Positions 19,913 through 34,001 of a DNA stretch of 64,000 nucleotides are shown in pieces. Where the stretch lies: NCBI GenBank assembly GCA_902609025.1, contig CACLQD010000001.1, positions 55,801-119,800 on the forward strand, in the 5' to 3' direction. Source of the DNA: an uncultured PS1 clade bacterium. GTDB lineage: Bacteria > Pseudomonadota > Alphaproteobacteria > MED-G09. Within the stretch, counting starts at the first letter, position 1, and each line of letters opens with the position of its first letter. The notes beneath the pieces were generated by a model. It saw only the letters and a program-made list of their open reading frames with translations, had not been told where the DNA came from and searched no databases. The position numbers and the translations under genes are program-made.

Positions 19913-20491
19913 CTAATTATTATAAGCTCCATTTTCAATCAACAATATTTCAATTCTTTTAAATCGTTTAGATTTTGCCCAATCAAGTGCTGTTCTTCCA
20001 GTTAAATCAGTATCATCAGGATATGCACCACCCTCCAATAAGGCCTTAACAGAATTAAATTTACCTTCTCTTGAAGCAATTATTAGTGGAGTTTGACGAT
20101 TTGGTCCTAATTTATTCGGATCAGCCCCATAACTTATTAATGTTTTTATTAAGTTGGGATCATCCTTAAATACAGCAAGAGATAGAGCGGTCCGATTTTC
20201 TTGATCTTTCATATTAACTCTTGCACCTTGCTCTAACAAAAATAATACCATATCTACTCTTGAGCGCTCAATGGCAAGTAACAATGCCGGTACTTCGTCA
20301 AAATCTCTTTCATTAATAGAAGCTCCAGAATTTAATGCCGAAACTAAATCTTGAAGTCTACCCGTTTTAACAGCCGTTACAAGGGCTCCTTCCTTAAAAG
20401 GACTATCATTAAAGCCTCCATATTGAGCATTGATAGAAATAAAAGGAATAAAAAATAATATCAAAAAACTCACTATCAGAAATTTTTTCAT
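19913..20491 (-). CDS. secreted ankyrin-repeat protein
   Basis: Signal peptide MKKFLIVSFLILFFIPFISINAQ. At least four ankyrin repeats (G-TALxxAxxxxxxxxVxxLLxxGAxxN pattern). Confidence 0.75.
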   Translation of the reverse strand: MKKFLIVSFLILFFIPFISINAQYGGFNDSPFKEGALVTAVKTGRLQDLVSALNSGASINERDFDEVPALLLAIERSRVDMVLFLLEQGARVNMKDQENRTALSLAVFKDDPNLIKTLISYGADPNKLGPNRQTPLIIASREGKFNSVKALLEGGAYPDDTDLTGRTALDWAKSKRFKRIEILLIENGAYNN

Positions 20492-20552
20492 TTTTTTACC
20501 TTATTATTGAAATTAATGGATTTTATTACATTCTTATTATACATACATCTAC

Positions 20553-21179
20553 ATGTTTCAAAAATATTTTTTAATTTTATTAGCTGCTGCTTTAATATCT
20601 TTTGTATTATACCTTTTTGGAACTTTTTTCATTTCTTCAAATAGAAGCTATAACCAGGGTAAAGTTGTTACAGAAGTTGAAAACCAAGAAGGAATACCTG
20701 GTGGTCACTTTAGATTAAGAACTCATGATGGAAAAATTTTTGATACAATGGAAAATCAAGATCCTATGCTAATATATTTTGGTTTTACATATTGTCCTGA
20801 TGTTTGCCCTATTACATTACTGACCATGGCAAATGTTCTAGATAAATTAGAGAATGAAGAAATTACTCCTCTTTTTATTACAGTGGACCCAGAACGTGAC
20901 AATGAAGAAATTTTATCAAATTATGTTAATGCTTTTCATGATGAAATAATTGGTTTAACAGGCACAATTTCAGAGATAAATAAAGTTACCTCAGATTGGA
21001 AAGTATATTTTAAAAAAGAAAATAACATTGATATGCCCGACAATTACTCTGTTAATCACTTAGATATTATATTTATTGCTAATAAGAATGCGGAATTTGT
21101 TGATTTTATAAAACCTAATACATCTTCTGAAGATGTAATTAAAAAATTAATAAAAGTTATCCCACAAATAGAAGGCTAG
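20553..21179 (+). CDS. SCO1/SenC-family copper chaperone (cytochrome oxidase CuA assembly)
   Basis: N-terminal TM anchor plus thioredoxin-like domain with CPDVCP (CxxxCP) copper-binding motif. Confidence 0.8.
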   Translation: MFQKYFLILLAAALISFVLYLFGTFFISSNRSYNQGKVVTEVENQEGIPGGHFRLRTHDGKIFDTMENQDPMLIYFGFTYCPDVCPITLLTMANVLDKLENEEITPLFITVDPERDNEEILSNYVNAFHDEIIGLTGTISEINKVTSDWKVYFKKENNIDMPDNYSVNHLDIIFIANKNAEFVDFIKPNTSSEDVIKKLIKVIPQIEG

Positions 21180-21182
21180 AAC

Positions 21183-24838
<3,656 letters not shown>

Positions 24839-24853
24839 TTTAAAATGAACCTA

Positions 24854-25960
24854 TCATACCCTCATAGGCATCAAAACATATGTTGCATCTTCATGCGCAG
24901 AGTCATTAATTAAAGCTGGTGCTCCTGGGTCCTCTAGAGTAAAGGTCATTGTATCGCCAGATATTTGAGAAGCTATATCGAGCAAATATCTTGCATTAAA
25001 GCCTACCTCTAAATCATCTGCTTCATAACTAACATCAACTTTTTCAACAGCTGTACCAGCATCAGGATTAATAACAGTTAATGTTAAAGAATTATTATTA
25101 ATCGCAAATTTTACTGCTTTAGATTTGTCAGACGAAATTGTTGCTACACGATCAATTGAAGAGGCAAAATCATGTGTCTTTACAGTCATAATTTTTGTAT
25201 TTGTTTTAGGAATAACTCTCTCATAATCAGGAAAAGTTCCATCAATCAATTTTGATGTTAGAGAAATATTTGTTACTTCAAATCTTATTTTGGTTTCAGA
25301 AATAAATAAATTAATATTCCCTTCAATATCTTCAATTAATTTTCTAACTTCGCCTATAGTTTTCTTCGGTATAATAATACTTGGAATATCATCTGCGCCT
25401 TCTGGTAAATTTGATTGTATACACGCTAATCTATGTCCATCAGTGGCAACACTTCTTAAAGAATTATTTATTGCATGAAAGAAAATGCCATTAAGATAGT
25501 ATCTAGTTTCTTCAGTAGAGATAGCAAATTTAGATTTATCAATCATATTGGCAAGCTCTTCAGAATCTATAATAAAATTACAAGGCATTTCACCTGAAGA
25601 CATTTCAGGAAAATCTTCAACTGGCAGAGTGGATAGTTCAAAATTTGACTGTCCACATGATAATTCTAATTTATCATTATCTTTAGTTACAATATCTAAT
25701 GACGATCCTTCGGGTAATTTTCTAACAATATCGTAAAGTGTATGTGCAGATGTAGTAATTTTGCCATCTTCAATGGTATTGGCTTTATCAAGGTTTTCTA
25801 TAATTTCAAGATCTAAATCAGTAGCTGTAAGAGAAATTCCTTCATTGCTTGCTATAATTTTTACATTTGAAAGAATAGGAATAGTGTTTCTTCTCTCGAC
25901 AACACTTTGGATATGATTAAGACTCTTAAGAAGAATATCTCTTTCAACTGATATCTTCAT
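24854..25960 (-). CDS. dnaN: DNA polymerase III beta sliding clamp
   Basis: 368-aa three-domain clamp. Position between dnaA and recF. Confidence 0.9.
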   Translation of the reverse strand: MKISVERDILLKSLNHIQSVVERRNTIPILSNVKIIASNEGISLTATDLDLEIIENLDKANTIEDGKITTSAHTLYDIVRKLPEGSSLDIVTKDNDKLELSCGQSNFELSTLPVEDFPEMSSGEMPCNFIIDSEELANMIDKSKFAISTEETRYYLNGIFFHAINNSLRSVATDGHRLACIQSNLPEGADDIPSIIIPKKTIGEVRKLIEDIEGNINLFISETKIRFEVTNISLTSKLIDGTFPDYERVIPKTNTKIMTVKTHDFASSIDRVATISSDKSKAVKFAINNNSLTLTVINPDAGTAVEKVDVSYEADDLEVGFNARYLLDIASQISGDTMTFTLEDPGAPALINDSAHEDATYVLMPMRV

Positions 25961-26048
25961 AAATTATAACTCCTTAGTTTTACATAAATAAATTATCTAC
26001 GAATCACTAATAAATTATAGCAGAAAACTAGGAAAAATCACTTAAGAA

Positions 26049-27482
26049 TCAATTTTCAAGAGATCTCCGAAGAACTTCAACCTCTTCGTCAATTGCCACA
26101 TCACCGACTCTTAAATCTTCTATCTTTTTGACAGCATGAATTACTGTTGTATGATCTCTACCACCAAATTTTCTTCCAATTTCAGGAAGAGATCTAGTGG
26201 TTAAGATTTTTGATAAATACATAGCAATTTGTCTCGGTCTTGCAATCGTTCTTGACCTTCTTGCAGATAATAAATCTGATAATCGAAGATTGTAATAATC
26301 CGCAACTTTTCGTTGTATGTCATCAATTGTAGTCTTTCTTTGAGATGCTCTAATTAAATCTTTCAGTACTTCCTTAGCCATATCAGTACTTAAAGGTCTA
26401 TTAGCAAATGATGAATATGCAATAACTCTGTTCAATGCTCCTTCTAAGACTCGAATATTGGAATCAATTCTCTGTGCAAGAAATTCTAGAAGATTATCCG
26501 GTATTACAATGTTAGAATTCTCTATAACATGAGATTCTGCTTTAGATTGAAGAACACCAAGACGTAATTCATAATCTGAAGGGTGAATGTCAGCAACTAA
26601 GCCCCATCCTAATCTTGATCTAATTCTTTCTTCAATCCCATCAAGATCTACGGGTGATCTATCAGCAGAAATTATCACCTGATGATTGTGATCAATTAGT
26701 GTATTAAAAGTATGGAAAAATTCTTCTTGTGTAGAATCTTTTCCAGCAATAAATTGAATATCATCAATCATTAAAACATCTACAGATCTGAACTGTTGTT
26801 TAAATGCCATGGTATCTTTAAATCTTAAAGCCTTAATAAATTGATACATAAATTTTTCTGCAGAAAGATACAAAACCTTCCTTTCAGGCCAGTTTTTATT
26901 AATTTCTAAAGCCATGGCATGGAGTAAATGAGTTTTACCAAGACCCACACCTCCGTATAAAAACAATGGATTAAAAGAAACATTCCTTCTTTCCGCAATT
27001 CTTCTAGCTGCTGCATATGCAAGCTCATTAGATGGACCAACTACGAAATTTTCAAAGGACAGTCTTTCATCTAAAGGTGCACCAACAGAATTATGATCTA
27101 ATAATGACTCGGATGCTTTCACAGAAACACCAATTTTATTTTCTTTGTCTTTAGATCTATCTTTATTATCTACTAAATCAATTGAAGCAATATCGATAAC
27201 AACTGATTTTACTTCCCTCAACTCTTTGGAAAGAATTGATAAAATACGATCAAGATAATGATTTTCTATCCAGTCTCTCATAAATCTTGTTGGCACAAAA
27301 AGAGTTAATTTACTTTCAGAAAAATCTCCAAATTGAATATTCTTGAACCAACTTTTAAATGTTGCTTCGCCTATTTCACCCCTTAATATAGAAAGAGAGC
27401 GTTCCCATCCCTCTTTTATTTTATTAAGCTGAAAATTATTATCTTCCAAGACAGAATACCCTTCAATACTGAGAAACAACAT
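26049..27482 (-). CDS. dnaA: chromosomal replication initiator protein DnaA
   Basis: AAA+ Walker A GGVGLGKTHLLHA and C-terminal DnaA-box-binding domain. The ORF track extends to a GTG at 27536; the ATG at 27482 (MLFLSIEGYS...) gives a typical 477-aa DnaA. Confidence 0.9.
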   Translation of the reverse strand: MLFLSIEGYSVLEDNNFQLNKIKEGWERSLSILRGEIGEATFKSWFKNIQFGDFSESKLTLFVPTRFMRDWIENHYLDRILSILSKELREVKSVVIDIASIDLVDNKDRSKDKENKIGVSVKASESLLDHNSVGAPLDERLSFENFVVGPSNELAYAAARRIAERRNVSFNPLFLYGGVGLGKTHLLHAMALEINKNWPERKVLYLSAEKFMYQFIKALRFKDTMAFKQQFRSVDVLMIDDIQFIAGKDSTQEEFFHTFNTLIDHNHQVIISADRSPVDLDGIEERIRSRLGWGLVADIHPSDYELRLGVLQSKAESHVIENSNIVIPDNLLEFLAQRIDSNIRVLEGALNRVIAYSSFANRPLSTDMAKEVLKDLIRASQRKTTIDDIQRKVADYYNLRLSDLLSARRSRTIARPRQIAMYLSKILTTRSLPEIGRKFGGRDHTTVIHAVKKIEDLRVGDVAIDEEVEVLRRSLEN

Positions 27483-27614
27483 TGTTATGTTGTTTGAGTT
27501 TTTTTTTGAAAATCTAAAAAAAATACAAATTAACACTAGCCTCGAGTCAAGAATGATGCAACATGAATCAACAAAAAAAATGAATTAATTTTACTTTTTT
27601 TTAATTTAGAGATT

Positions 27615-27878
27615 TTAATTTAGAGATTTTAACTTTTTTGATAATCTAGATATCTTTCTAGATGCATTTTTTTTATGAACTATACCTTTTTGAGCAAGTT
27701 TCATTAGTTTTGGCTGAACAATATTAAAAGCTAATTGCGCTTCATTGGATTCTCCTGAAGCAACGGCTTCTTCAAATCTTCTAATATATGTTCTTAAATT
27801 AGTTCTAAGAGCTTTATTTCTCTCAGTTCTTTTTGTAATTTTTCTCACCATTTTTTTGGAAGAAGATAAATTAGCCAT
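27615..27878 (-). CDS. rpsT: 30S ribosomal protein S20
   Basis: 87-aa basic protein MANLSSSKKMVRKITKRTERNKALR... Confidence 0.9.
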   Translation of the reverse strand: MANLSSSKKMVRKITKRTERNKALRTNLRTYIRRFEEAVASGESNEAQLAFNIVQPKLMKLAQKGIVHKKNASRKISRLSKKLKSLN

Positions 27879-27942
27879 TTTAAACCTTTTTTTATATTGC
27901 TAGGCTTTATATTTACTTAATATTAAAGCGTCAAGCTTTCTA

Positions 27943-28719
27943 TTACTCATCTTTAAATTCTGGTTTTCTTTTCTCTACAAACGCTGCCATTCCTTCAGCT
28001 TTGTCTTTAGTTGCGAACATAGAATGGAATAACCTTCTTTCAAAGCGAACGCCCTCGGCTAGAGTTGTCTCATAGGCTCTATTGACCATCTCTTTTGTCA
28101 TCATTGTTGCCACTAATGACTTATTAGCAACTTCTTTTGCTATTTTAACTACATCATCAACAAAATTATCATTAGATAATATCCTACTAACTAAACCAAT
28201 ACTCTCGGCCTCTTCAGCATCCATCATTCTTCCTGTTAAACACATATCCATTGATTTTGATTTACCAATAAATCTGGTAAGTCTTTGAGTCCCTCCAGCT
28301 CCAGGGCTTACACCAAGATTGATTTCTGGTTGACCAAATTTTGCACTCTCAGAGGCTACCATAAAATCACACATCATAGCTAATTCACAACCACCCCCAA
28401 GTGCATAGCCTGAAACAGCTGCAATAGTTGGCTTCCTGCATCTTGAAATTCTTTCCCAATTTCTAGTAATAAAATCTTCTTTATAAACATCCATATAAGA
28501 TTTTGGTTGCATTTGCTTTATGTCGGCACCGGCTGCAAATGCTTTTTCTGAACCTGTAAGAATTAGACACTTTAAATTAGTATTTTCCTCATATTGATCA
28601 ATAACTTTTGACAATTCATCCATCAAATCATCGTTCAAAGCATTAAGAGCTTCTGGTCTATTCAATGTTGCAATAATTATGTCTTCTCTAATTTCAGTTA
28701 ATACATTTTTTTCTGTCAT
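27943..28719 (-). CDS. enoyl-CoA hydratase/isomerase (crotonase family)
   Basis: 258-aa crotonase-fold protein with oxyanion-hole region ...GSEKAFAAGADI... and ...GYALGGGCELAMMCDF... Confidence 0.8.
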   Translation of the reverse strand: MTEKNVLTEIREDIIIATLNRPEALNALNDDLMDELSKVIDQYEENTNLKCLILTGSEKAFAAGADIKQMQPKSYMDVYKEDFITRNWERISRCRKPTIAAVSGYALGGGCELAMMCDFMVASESAKFGQPEINLGVSPGAGGTQRLTRFIGKSKSMDMCLTGRMMDAEEAESIGLVSRILSNDNFVDDVVKIAKEVANKSLVATMMTKEMVNRAYETTLAEGVRFERRLFHSMFATKDKAEGMAAFVEKRKPEFKDE

Positions 28720-28796
28720 AAAGTTCCTTTCACAAAAATCTCTATTATCAATTAAACAATTGCGTATAAAAGTATAGCAGTAAATTTAATTTAAAT

Positions 28797-29651
28797 TTAT
28801 TTTTTTTGACATGAGGGACAGAAGAATGTTGACCGATTAGATTGAACTATTCTTTTGATTCTTGATGAACAACCTTTTGAAATACATTTCTTGCCATCTC
28901 GTCCGTAAACATTAAATGTACTTTGAAAATATCCCATCTTACCTTTGGTATTTACATAATCTTTTAAAGAAGAGCCACCTAACATTATTGATGACTTAAT
29001 AATTATTTTGATATTTTTAATTAAATGGCTAAGTTCCTTTTTGGGGGTTTTATCTTTATTTACTAATTTTTTTGCGGATAATAAGGGAGAAATACCAGAC
29101 TTAAATAATGCCTCACAAACATAAATATTACCTAATCCTGCAATAATTTTCTGATCCATTAAAATATTTTTTATATTTCTTTCTTTATTATGAAGCAATA
29201 AAGATAAATTTTTTGCATTACATTTTTTTGATAAAGGCTCATAACCAAGATTTTTTAACCGATTGTGTTCAGTGGTATCGTCGGAATGCAATAATATATA
29301 TCCAAATCTTCTTGGATCATTATAAATAACAACAAATTTTTCAGTTTTAAAAATAAAATGATCATGTTTAACTTTATTATTATTATGAAATATTTTCTTA
29401 TCAATTATTCTATAACTACCTGACATACCCAAATGAGAAATAATTTTACTTTCATTTGAAAGAGTAAATATTATATATTTTGCTCTTCGTTTTATTGATA
29501 GGATGTATTCACCAGTTATTCTTTTTGTAAAATTTTTATCATAAGGAAAGCGTAATTTCTTATCCGATATCTCAACTTTAAGGATTTTTTGACCTAATAA
29601 GTCTCTTTTTAGACCTTCTTTTGTTGTTTCTACTTCAGGTAACTCAGGCAT
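28797..29651 (-). CDS. mutM: formamidopyrimidine-DNA glycosylase
   Basis: N-terminal MPELPEVE (catalytic Pro2/Glu3). C-terminal zinc finger C..C...FFCPSCQK. Confidence 0.9.
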   Translation of the reverse strand: MPELPEVETTKEGLKRDLLGQKILKVEISDKKLRFPYDKNFTKRITGEYILSIKRRAKYIIFTLSNESKIISHLGMSGSYRIIDKKIFHNNNKVKHDHFIFKTEKFVVIYNDPRRFGYILLHSDDTTEHNRLKNLGYEPLSKKCNAKNLSLLLHNKERNIKNILMDQKIIAGLGNIYVCEALFKSGISPLLSAKKLVNKDKTPKKELSHLIKNIKIIIKSSIMLGGSSLKDYVNTKGKMGYFQSTFNVYGRDGKKCISKGCSSRIKRIVQSNRSTFFCPSCQKK

Positions 29652-29720
29652 TATTTTAATCTTTCTATCTAGAACTAATCCTTACAACAAGCTATGTTCG
29701 CGAAATAAGGAATTATAGTA

Positions 29721-30461
29721 ATGAATAAAAATGATTTTGGATATGAGCAAGTAGAAAAGGAAGAGCATTATAATAAAGTACAAGATGTATTTAATAATGT
29801 GGCGAATGAATACGATCTTATGAATGACTTTATGTCATTTGGTTTGCATAGAAATTGGAAAAAAGAATTCGTAGATTTAATAGAAATTAATGATGAAAAA
29901 GAGACAAAGATATTAGACTTAGCAGGCGGGACAGGCGATATAGCTAAAAGAATTCTCAAAAATCATCCCCATACTTCAATAGAAGTTATTGATAAAAACT
30001 TTATGATGTTAAAAGAGTCTAATGTAAAAAATAATATTCTTAAATATGGTAAGGTTAATCTCATTTGTGGCGATGGCGAAAGTATACCCCTTAATGATAA
30101 TTCTATTGATGTAATAACTTTATCTTTCGGAATAAGAAATATGACCGATAGATTAAAATGTTTAGAAGAATGTTATCGGGTTTTAAAACCTGAGGGTACT
30201 TTCTTATGTATGGAATTTTCAATGCCTGAAAATTATACTTTAAGAAATATTTATGATGCTTGGTCATTTTTTGTCATACCTAAATTAGGAAAATTAATAA
30301 CTAAATCTGAGGACTCCTACAAATATCTTGTAGAGAGCATAAGAACATTTCCAAAGCCAGAAGAATTTGTTGATATTCTAGAAAAAGCCAATTTTAAAAG
30401 AACTTCAATAAAACAACTTAGTGGTAATATCGTTTGTATCTATAAAAGTAGGAAAATTTAA
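29721..30461 (+). CDS. ubiE: ubiquinone/menaquinone biosynthesis C-methyltransferase
   Basis: Class I SAM-MTase motif LDLAGGTGD. 246 aa. Followed by ubiB with a 1-nt overlap. Confidence 0.85.
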   Translation: MNKNDFGYEQVEKEEHYNKVQDVFNNVANEYDLMNDFMSFGLHRNWKKEFVDLIEINDEKETKILDLAGGTGDIAKRILKNHPHTSIEVIDKNFMMLKESNVKNNILKYGKVNLICGDGESIPLNDNSIDVITLSFGIRNMTDRLKCLEECYRVLKPEGTFLCMEFSMPENYTLRNIYDAWSFFVIPKLGKLITKSEDSYKYLVESIRTFPKPEEFVDILEKANFKRTSIKQLSGNIVCIYKSRKI

Positions 30462-32002
30462 TGTTAGAATTTTATAGAATTATAAATCTAGTTCCTGCGC
30501 TCAGAGCAATTATTTCTGAGGAAAGCTTGATACCAAAAAATAATCAAAACAAGGTCCCCTTTTTATTCAAAACACTCAAGCTTTTATTATTTGTAAAAAA
30601 AAACAAAAATACAGATTTATCAAAAACTTTAAGGAAGCTAGGACCAACATGGATCAAACTGGGACAATTCTTATCAACTAGACCAGATATTATTGGTATA
30701 GATCTCTCAGATAAACTCAAAAATTTACAAGATAAAGTTGAACCATTTACAATAAAAAAAGCCAAAGACATACTCCAAAAAGAATTTAAAGAGGATTATG
30801 AAAATATTTTTATAGAAATAATGCCTTCAAAGACTGCGGCTTCAATTGCACAAGTTCATAAAGGAAAAGTAAAATTAAATAATGAAAAATATAATGTAGC
30901 AATAAAAATTTTAAGACCAAATATAGAAAGAGAAATAAAAAGGGATTTAAGAAATTTCTTCGTAACAGCAAAAATTATGGAAAGATTTTCCAAAGAGGCT
31001 AAGAGATTAAGATTAATTGAGGTCGTTAAAACCTTAGCAGAGAGTCTTAGTATGGAAATAGATCTAAGATTAGAAGCTGCTGCTCAATCAGAAATAAGAG
31101 AAAATGTTATTAATGATGATTACTTTAATGTTCCAGATGTTTATTGGGATCTAACAAGAAAAAATATATTAATTTCTGACTGGGTAGATGCGATACCAGC
31201 AAAAGATATAAATAAAATCACTGAAGAAGGTTTTGATAAAAAGAAAATAGGAAAAAATATACTAAAAACATTTCTTACTACATCCATTCGTGATGGCTTA
31301 TTTCATGCAGACATGCATCAAGGCAATCTTTTTATTGAAAAAGAAGAGAAAATTATAGCTGTAGATTTTGGTATAGTTGGCCACCTTGATTTTGAAAGTA
31401 AACAATACTTAAATAATATTTTACTTGGTTTTATTAATAGAGATTATGACAAAATTGCTAATGTACATTTTAAAGCAGGATATGTTCCTGAAACAGAAGA
31501 TAAGAAAAAATTTGCACAAGCACTAAGATCCATAGGAGAGCCTATTCAAGGAAAAGAAGCTAGTGATATATCAATCGGCAATCTTCTAACACAACTTTTT
31601 GAAATCACCAATCAGTTTAATATGAAAACACAACCTCAATTACTTCTCCTTCAAAAAACAATGGTCGTTGTTGAAGGTGTGGCAAGAGAGTATGATCCAA
31701 ATTTAAATATATGGACTGAATCGGGGCCAATATTAAATGAGTTAAATAAAATAGATTTTGCTGAAAAATTTAATTTTTCGACTGATGAAGTTATTAATCG
31801 AGCTAAGGATATCATTATAAATCTTCCGCATAATGTCGAAGGTGTTAAGAAAAATATTAACCAAATGGGAAAAATAATTAATTATCAGGGCATAAAAATA
31901 CACCCAGAAAGTCTAAATAGTTTAAATAATAATAACAGTAACTTATTGTTTTATATAATTATTATTCTTTTAATTATAATATTGATAATTTCAATTTTTT
32001 AA
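30461..32002 (+). CDS. ubiB: ubiquinone biosynthesis protein UbiB (ABC1/ADCK atypical kinase family)
   Basis: ABC1 kinase-like domain. 513 aa. C-terminal hydrophobic anchor (IIIILLIIILIISIF). Confidence 0.85.
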   Translation: MLEFYRIINLVPALRAIISEESLIPKNNQNKVPFLFKTLKLLLFVKKNKNTDLSKTLRKLGPTWIKLGQFLSTRPDIIGIDLSDKLKNLQDKVEPFTIKKAKDILQKEFKEDYENIFIEIMPSKTAASIAQVHKGKVKLNNEKYNVAIKILRPNIEREIKRDLRNFFVTAKIMERFSKEAKRLRLIEVVKTLAESLSMEIDLRLEAAAQSEIRENVINDDYFNVPDVYWDLTRKNILISDWVDAIPAKDINKITEEGFDKKKIGKNILKTFLTTSIRDGLFHADMHQGNLFIEKEEKIIAVDFGIVGHLDFESKQYLNNILLGFINRDYDKIANVHFKAGYVPETEDKKKFAQALRSIGEPIQGKEASDISIGNLLTQLFEITNQFNMKTQPQLLLLQKTMVVVEGVAREYDPNLNIWTESGPILNELNKIDFAEKFNFSTDEVINRAKDIIINLPHNVEGVKKNINQMGKIINYQGIKIHPESLNSLNNNNSNLLFYIIIILLIIILIISIF

Positions 32003-32068
32003 TTTTAAAATATCCTACACATTTGAATTTAATGGATTTATATTCCACTTGTTAATTTTGAGATAATA

Positions 32069-33268
32069 ATGAAAAAGATATTGTTAATTATAACTGGTGG
32101 TATTGCCTCATATAGAGCTCTTGACTTGATTAGAGAAATCAAAAGATCAGGAGATGATGTTACTTGCGTAATGACAAAAAGTGCTTGTGAATTTGTTCAA
32201 CCAATATCCTTTGCAACATTATCAAAAAATAAAGTCTATACAGAGCTTTTTGATTTAAATAACGAATCCGAAATTGGCCATATCAATTTATCTAGAGAAT
32301 CTGATTTGATTGTAATTGTTCCTGCTACAGCAAATACCCTATATAAAATTGCTAATGGTGTTGCTGATGATTTAGCTAGTACTATTATGTTGGCTTCAAA
32401 TAAACCAACATTAATAGCGCCTTCAATGAATGTAAAAATGTGGGAAAATCAAAATACAATTACTAATGTTTTGAAACTCAAGGAACAAGGCATTCACTTT
32501 ATAGGGCCCAATGAGGGTGAAATGGCATGTGGTGAAGTAGGTTATGGCAAAATGGCATCAGTTCAGGAAATAAAAAGGGAAATTGATTATCTTCTTAAGC
32601 CAGGCATCTTAACCGGAAAAAGGGCTTTAGTAACATCTGGACCAACAATTGAACAAATCGACCCTGTCAGATTTTTATCAAATAATTCTTCTGGTAAACA
32701 AGGTCATGCAATTGCAGATGCATTAAGAAGGCATGGAGCTGATACAAAGCTAATCAGCGGACCTGTAAATATAAAAGATCCAGAAAATGTGAAAGTAACA
32801 AAAGTAAATTCTGCTGAGGAAATGCTTCATGAATGCAGGGAAAGCCTGCCAGTTGATATTGCTGTATTTGCTGCTGCAGTTTCCGATTGGAGATGCTCAA
32901 ATACTTCTAATATTAAGATAAAGAAGACACCTAAAAATGATGAGTTAATTCTAAATCTTGAGAAAAATCAGGATATTTTAAAAGAGATAAGTACATTAAA
33001 TAAGAATAGACCTGATCTAGTAATTGGCTTTTCTCTTGAAACGGATAATCTTATTGAAACAGCAAAAGAAAAATTAAAGAATAAATCTTGCGATTGGATA
33101 GTTGCTAATGAACATTATAATGGTAAAGAAAGTGTTTTTGATAGTGATATGAATTCAGTAAAACTAGTTGAAAATGATAATCTTGAAGATTGGGGCTACC
33201 TAACAAAAAATGATGTAGCTGAAAAACTATGCATAAAGATTTCAAAATTCTTTAATGAGGCTGCTTAG
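32069..33268 (+). CDS. coaBC: bifunctional phosphopantothenoylcysteine decarboxylase / phosphopantothenate-cysteine ligase
   Basis: 399 aa. N-terminal flavoprotein domain and C-terminal DFP/CoaB domain. Confidence 0.9.
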   Translation: MKKILLIITGGIASYRALDLIREIKRSGDDVTCVMTKSACEFVQPISFATLSKNKVYTELFDLNNESEIGHINLSRESDLIVIVPATANTLYKIANGVADDLASTIMLASNKPTLIAPSMNVKMWENQNTITNVLKLKEQGIHFIGPNEGEMACGEVGYGKMASVQEIKREIDYLLKPGILTGKRALVTSGPTIEQIDPVRFLSNNSSGKQGHAIADALRRHGADTKLISGPVNIKDPENVKVTKVNSAEEMLHECRESLPVDIAVFAAAVSDWRCSNTSNIKIKKTPKNDELILNLEKNQDILKEISTLNKNRPDLVIGFSLETDNLIETAKEKLKNKSCDWIVANEHYNGKESVFDSDMNSVKLVENDNLEDWGYLTKNDVAEKLCIKISKFFNEAA

Positions 33269-33996
33269 TGGCAAATGATCATGATCTTGAAAAATATTCA
33301 CGCCAAATAATTCTCAATGAAATAGGCCCCGAGGGACAGGAAAAAATTAAAAGAGTAAGTATACTTGTTATTGGAGCAGGTGGATTAGGGTCTTCAGTTA
33401 TACAATATTTAAGCGCAGCAGGTGTTGGAAAAATTGGTATTGTGGATGACGATAAAGTTGAGCTTTCAAATCTAAATAGGCAATTAATTTACGGGGAAAA
33501 TGATTTAGGAGAAAGTAAGGTAGATGCTGCTAAAAATTACATATCAAAATCAAATCCTTCCATAGAAATAGAAACTTATAAAATACATATAGATGAAAAG
33601 AATTTGCCAGATATAATAAATGATTATGATCTTATTGCAGATTGTTCAGATAATATAGAAACCAGGTTATCCATAAATGATACATGTATTAAATATAAAA
33701 AAACTTGGGTGATGGCTGCTGTTGGTGGCTTTTTTGGACAAATAGCTTCATTCCAATCAATTAAAAATAATACTTCAAATTCAACATATAGAGATCTCAT
33801 GAAACACAAAATCTTTGATGAGGCAGGTTGTGATAATATAGGCACTATTGGATCAGTTGTAGGTACAGTTGGAGGAATACAAGCAACAGAAATAATAAAA
33901 CTCATAATTGGAAATAAAGAAAATTTAGTTAACAAAATTCTTATTTTTGATTTCATAACATTTCAGAGTAAGACACTAAAAATTAATTCGATATAA
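33268..33996 (+). CDS. ThiF/MoeB/HesA-family E1-like adenylyltransferase
   Basis: Rossmann nucleotide motif VIGAGGLGS. 242 aa. Exact paralogue (MoeB vs ThiF) not resolvable from sequence alone. Confidence 0.7.
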   Translation: MANDHDLEKYSRQIILNEIGPEGQEKIKRVSILVIGAGGLGSSVIQYLSAAGVGKIGIVDDDKVELSNLNRQLIYGENDLGESKVDAAKNYISKSNPSIEIETYKIHIDEKNLPDIINDYDLIADCSDNIETRLSINDTCIKYKKTWVMAAVGGFFGQIASFQSIKNNTSNSTYRDLMKHKIFDEAGCDNIGTIGSVVGTVGGIQATEIIKLIIGNKENLVNKILIFDFITFQSKTLKINSI

Positions 33997-34001
33997 ACGA
34001 A

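Noticed and set aside
27483-27614. Possible oriC with DnaA-box cluster next to dnaA
   Set aside because: The gap is only about 130 bp and contains no recognisable TTATCCACA-like cluster. In alphaproteobacteria the origin is usually near hemE/parAB rather than dnaA. It cannot be supported without GC-skew calculation over the whole chromosome.
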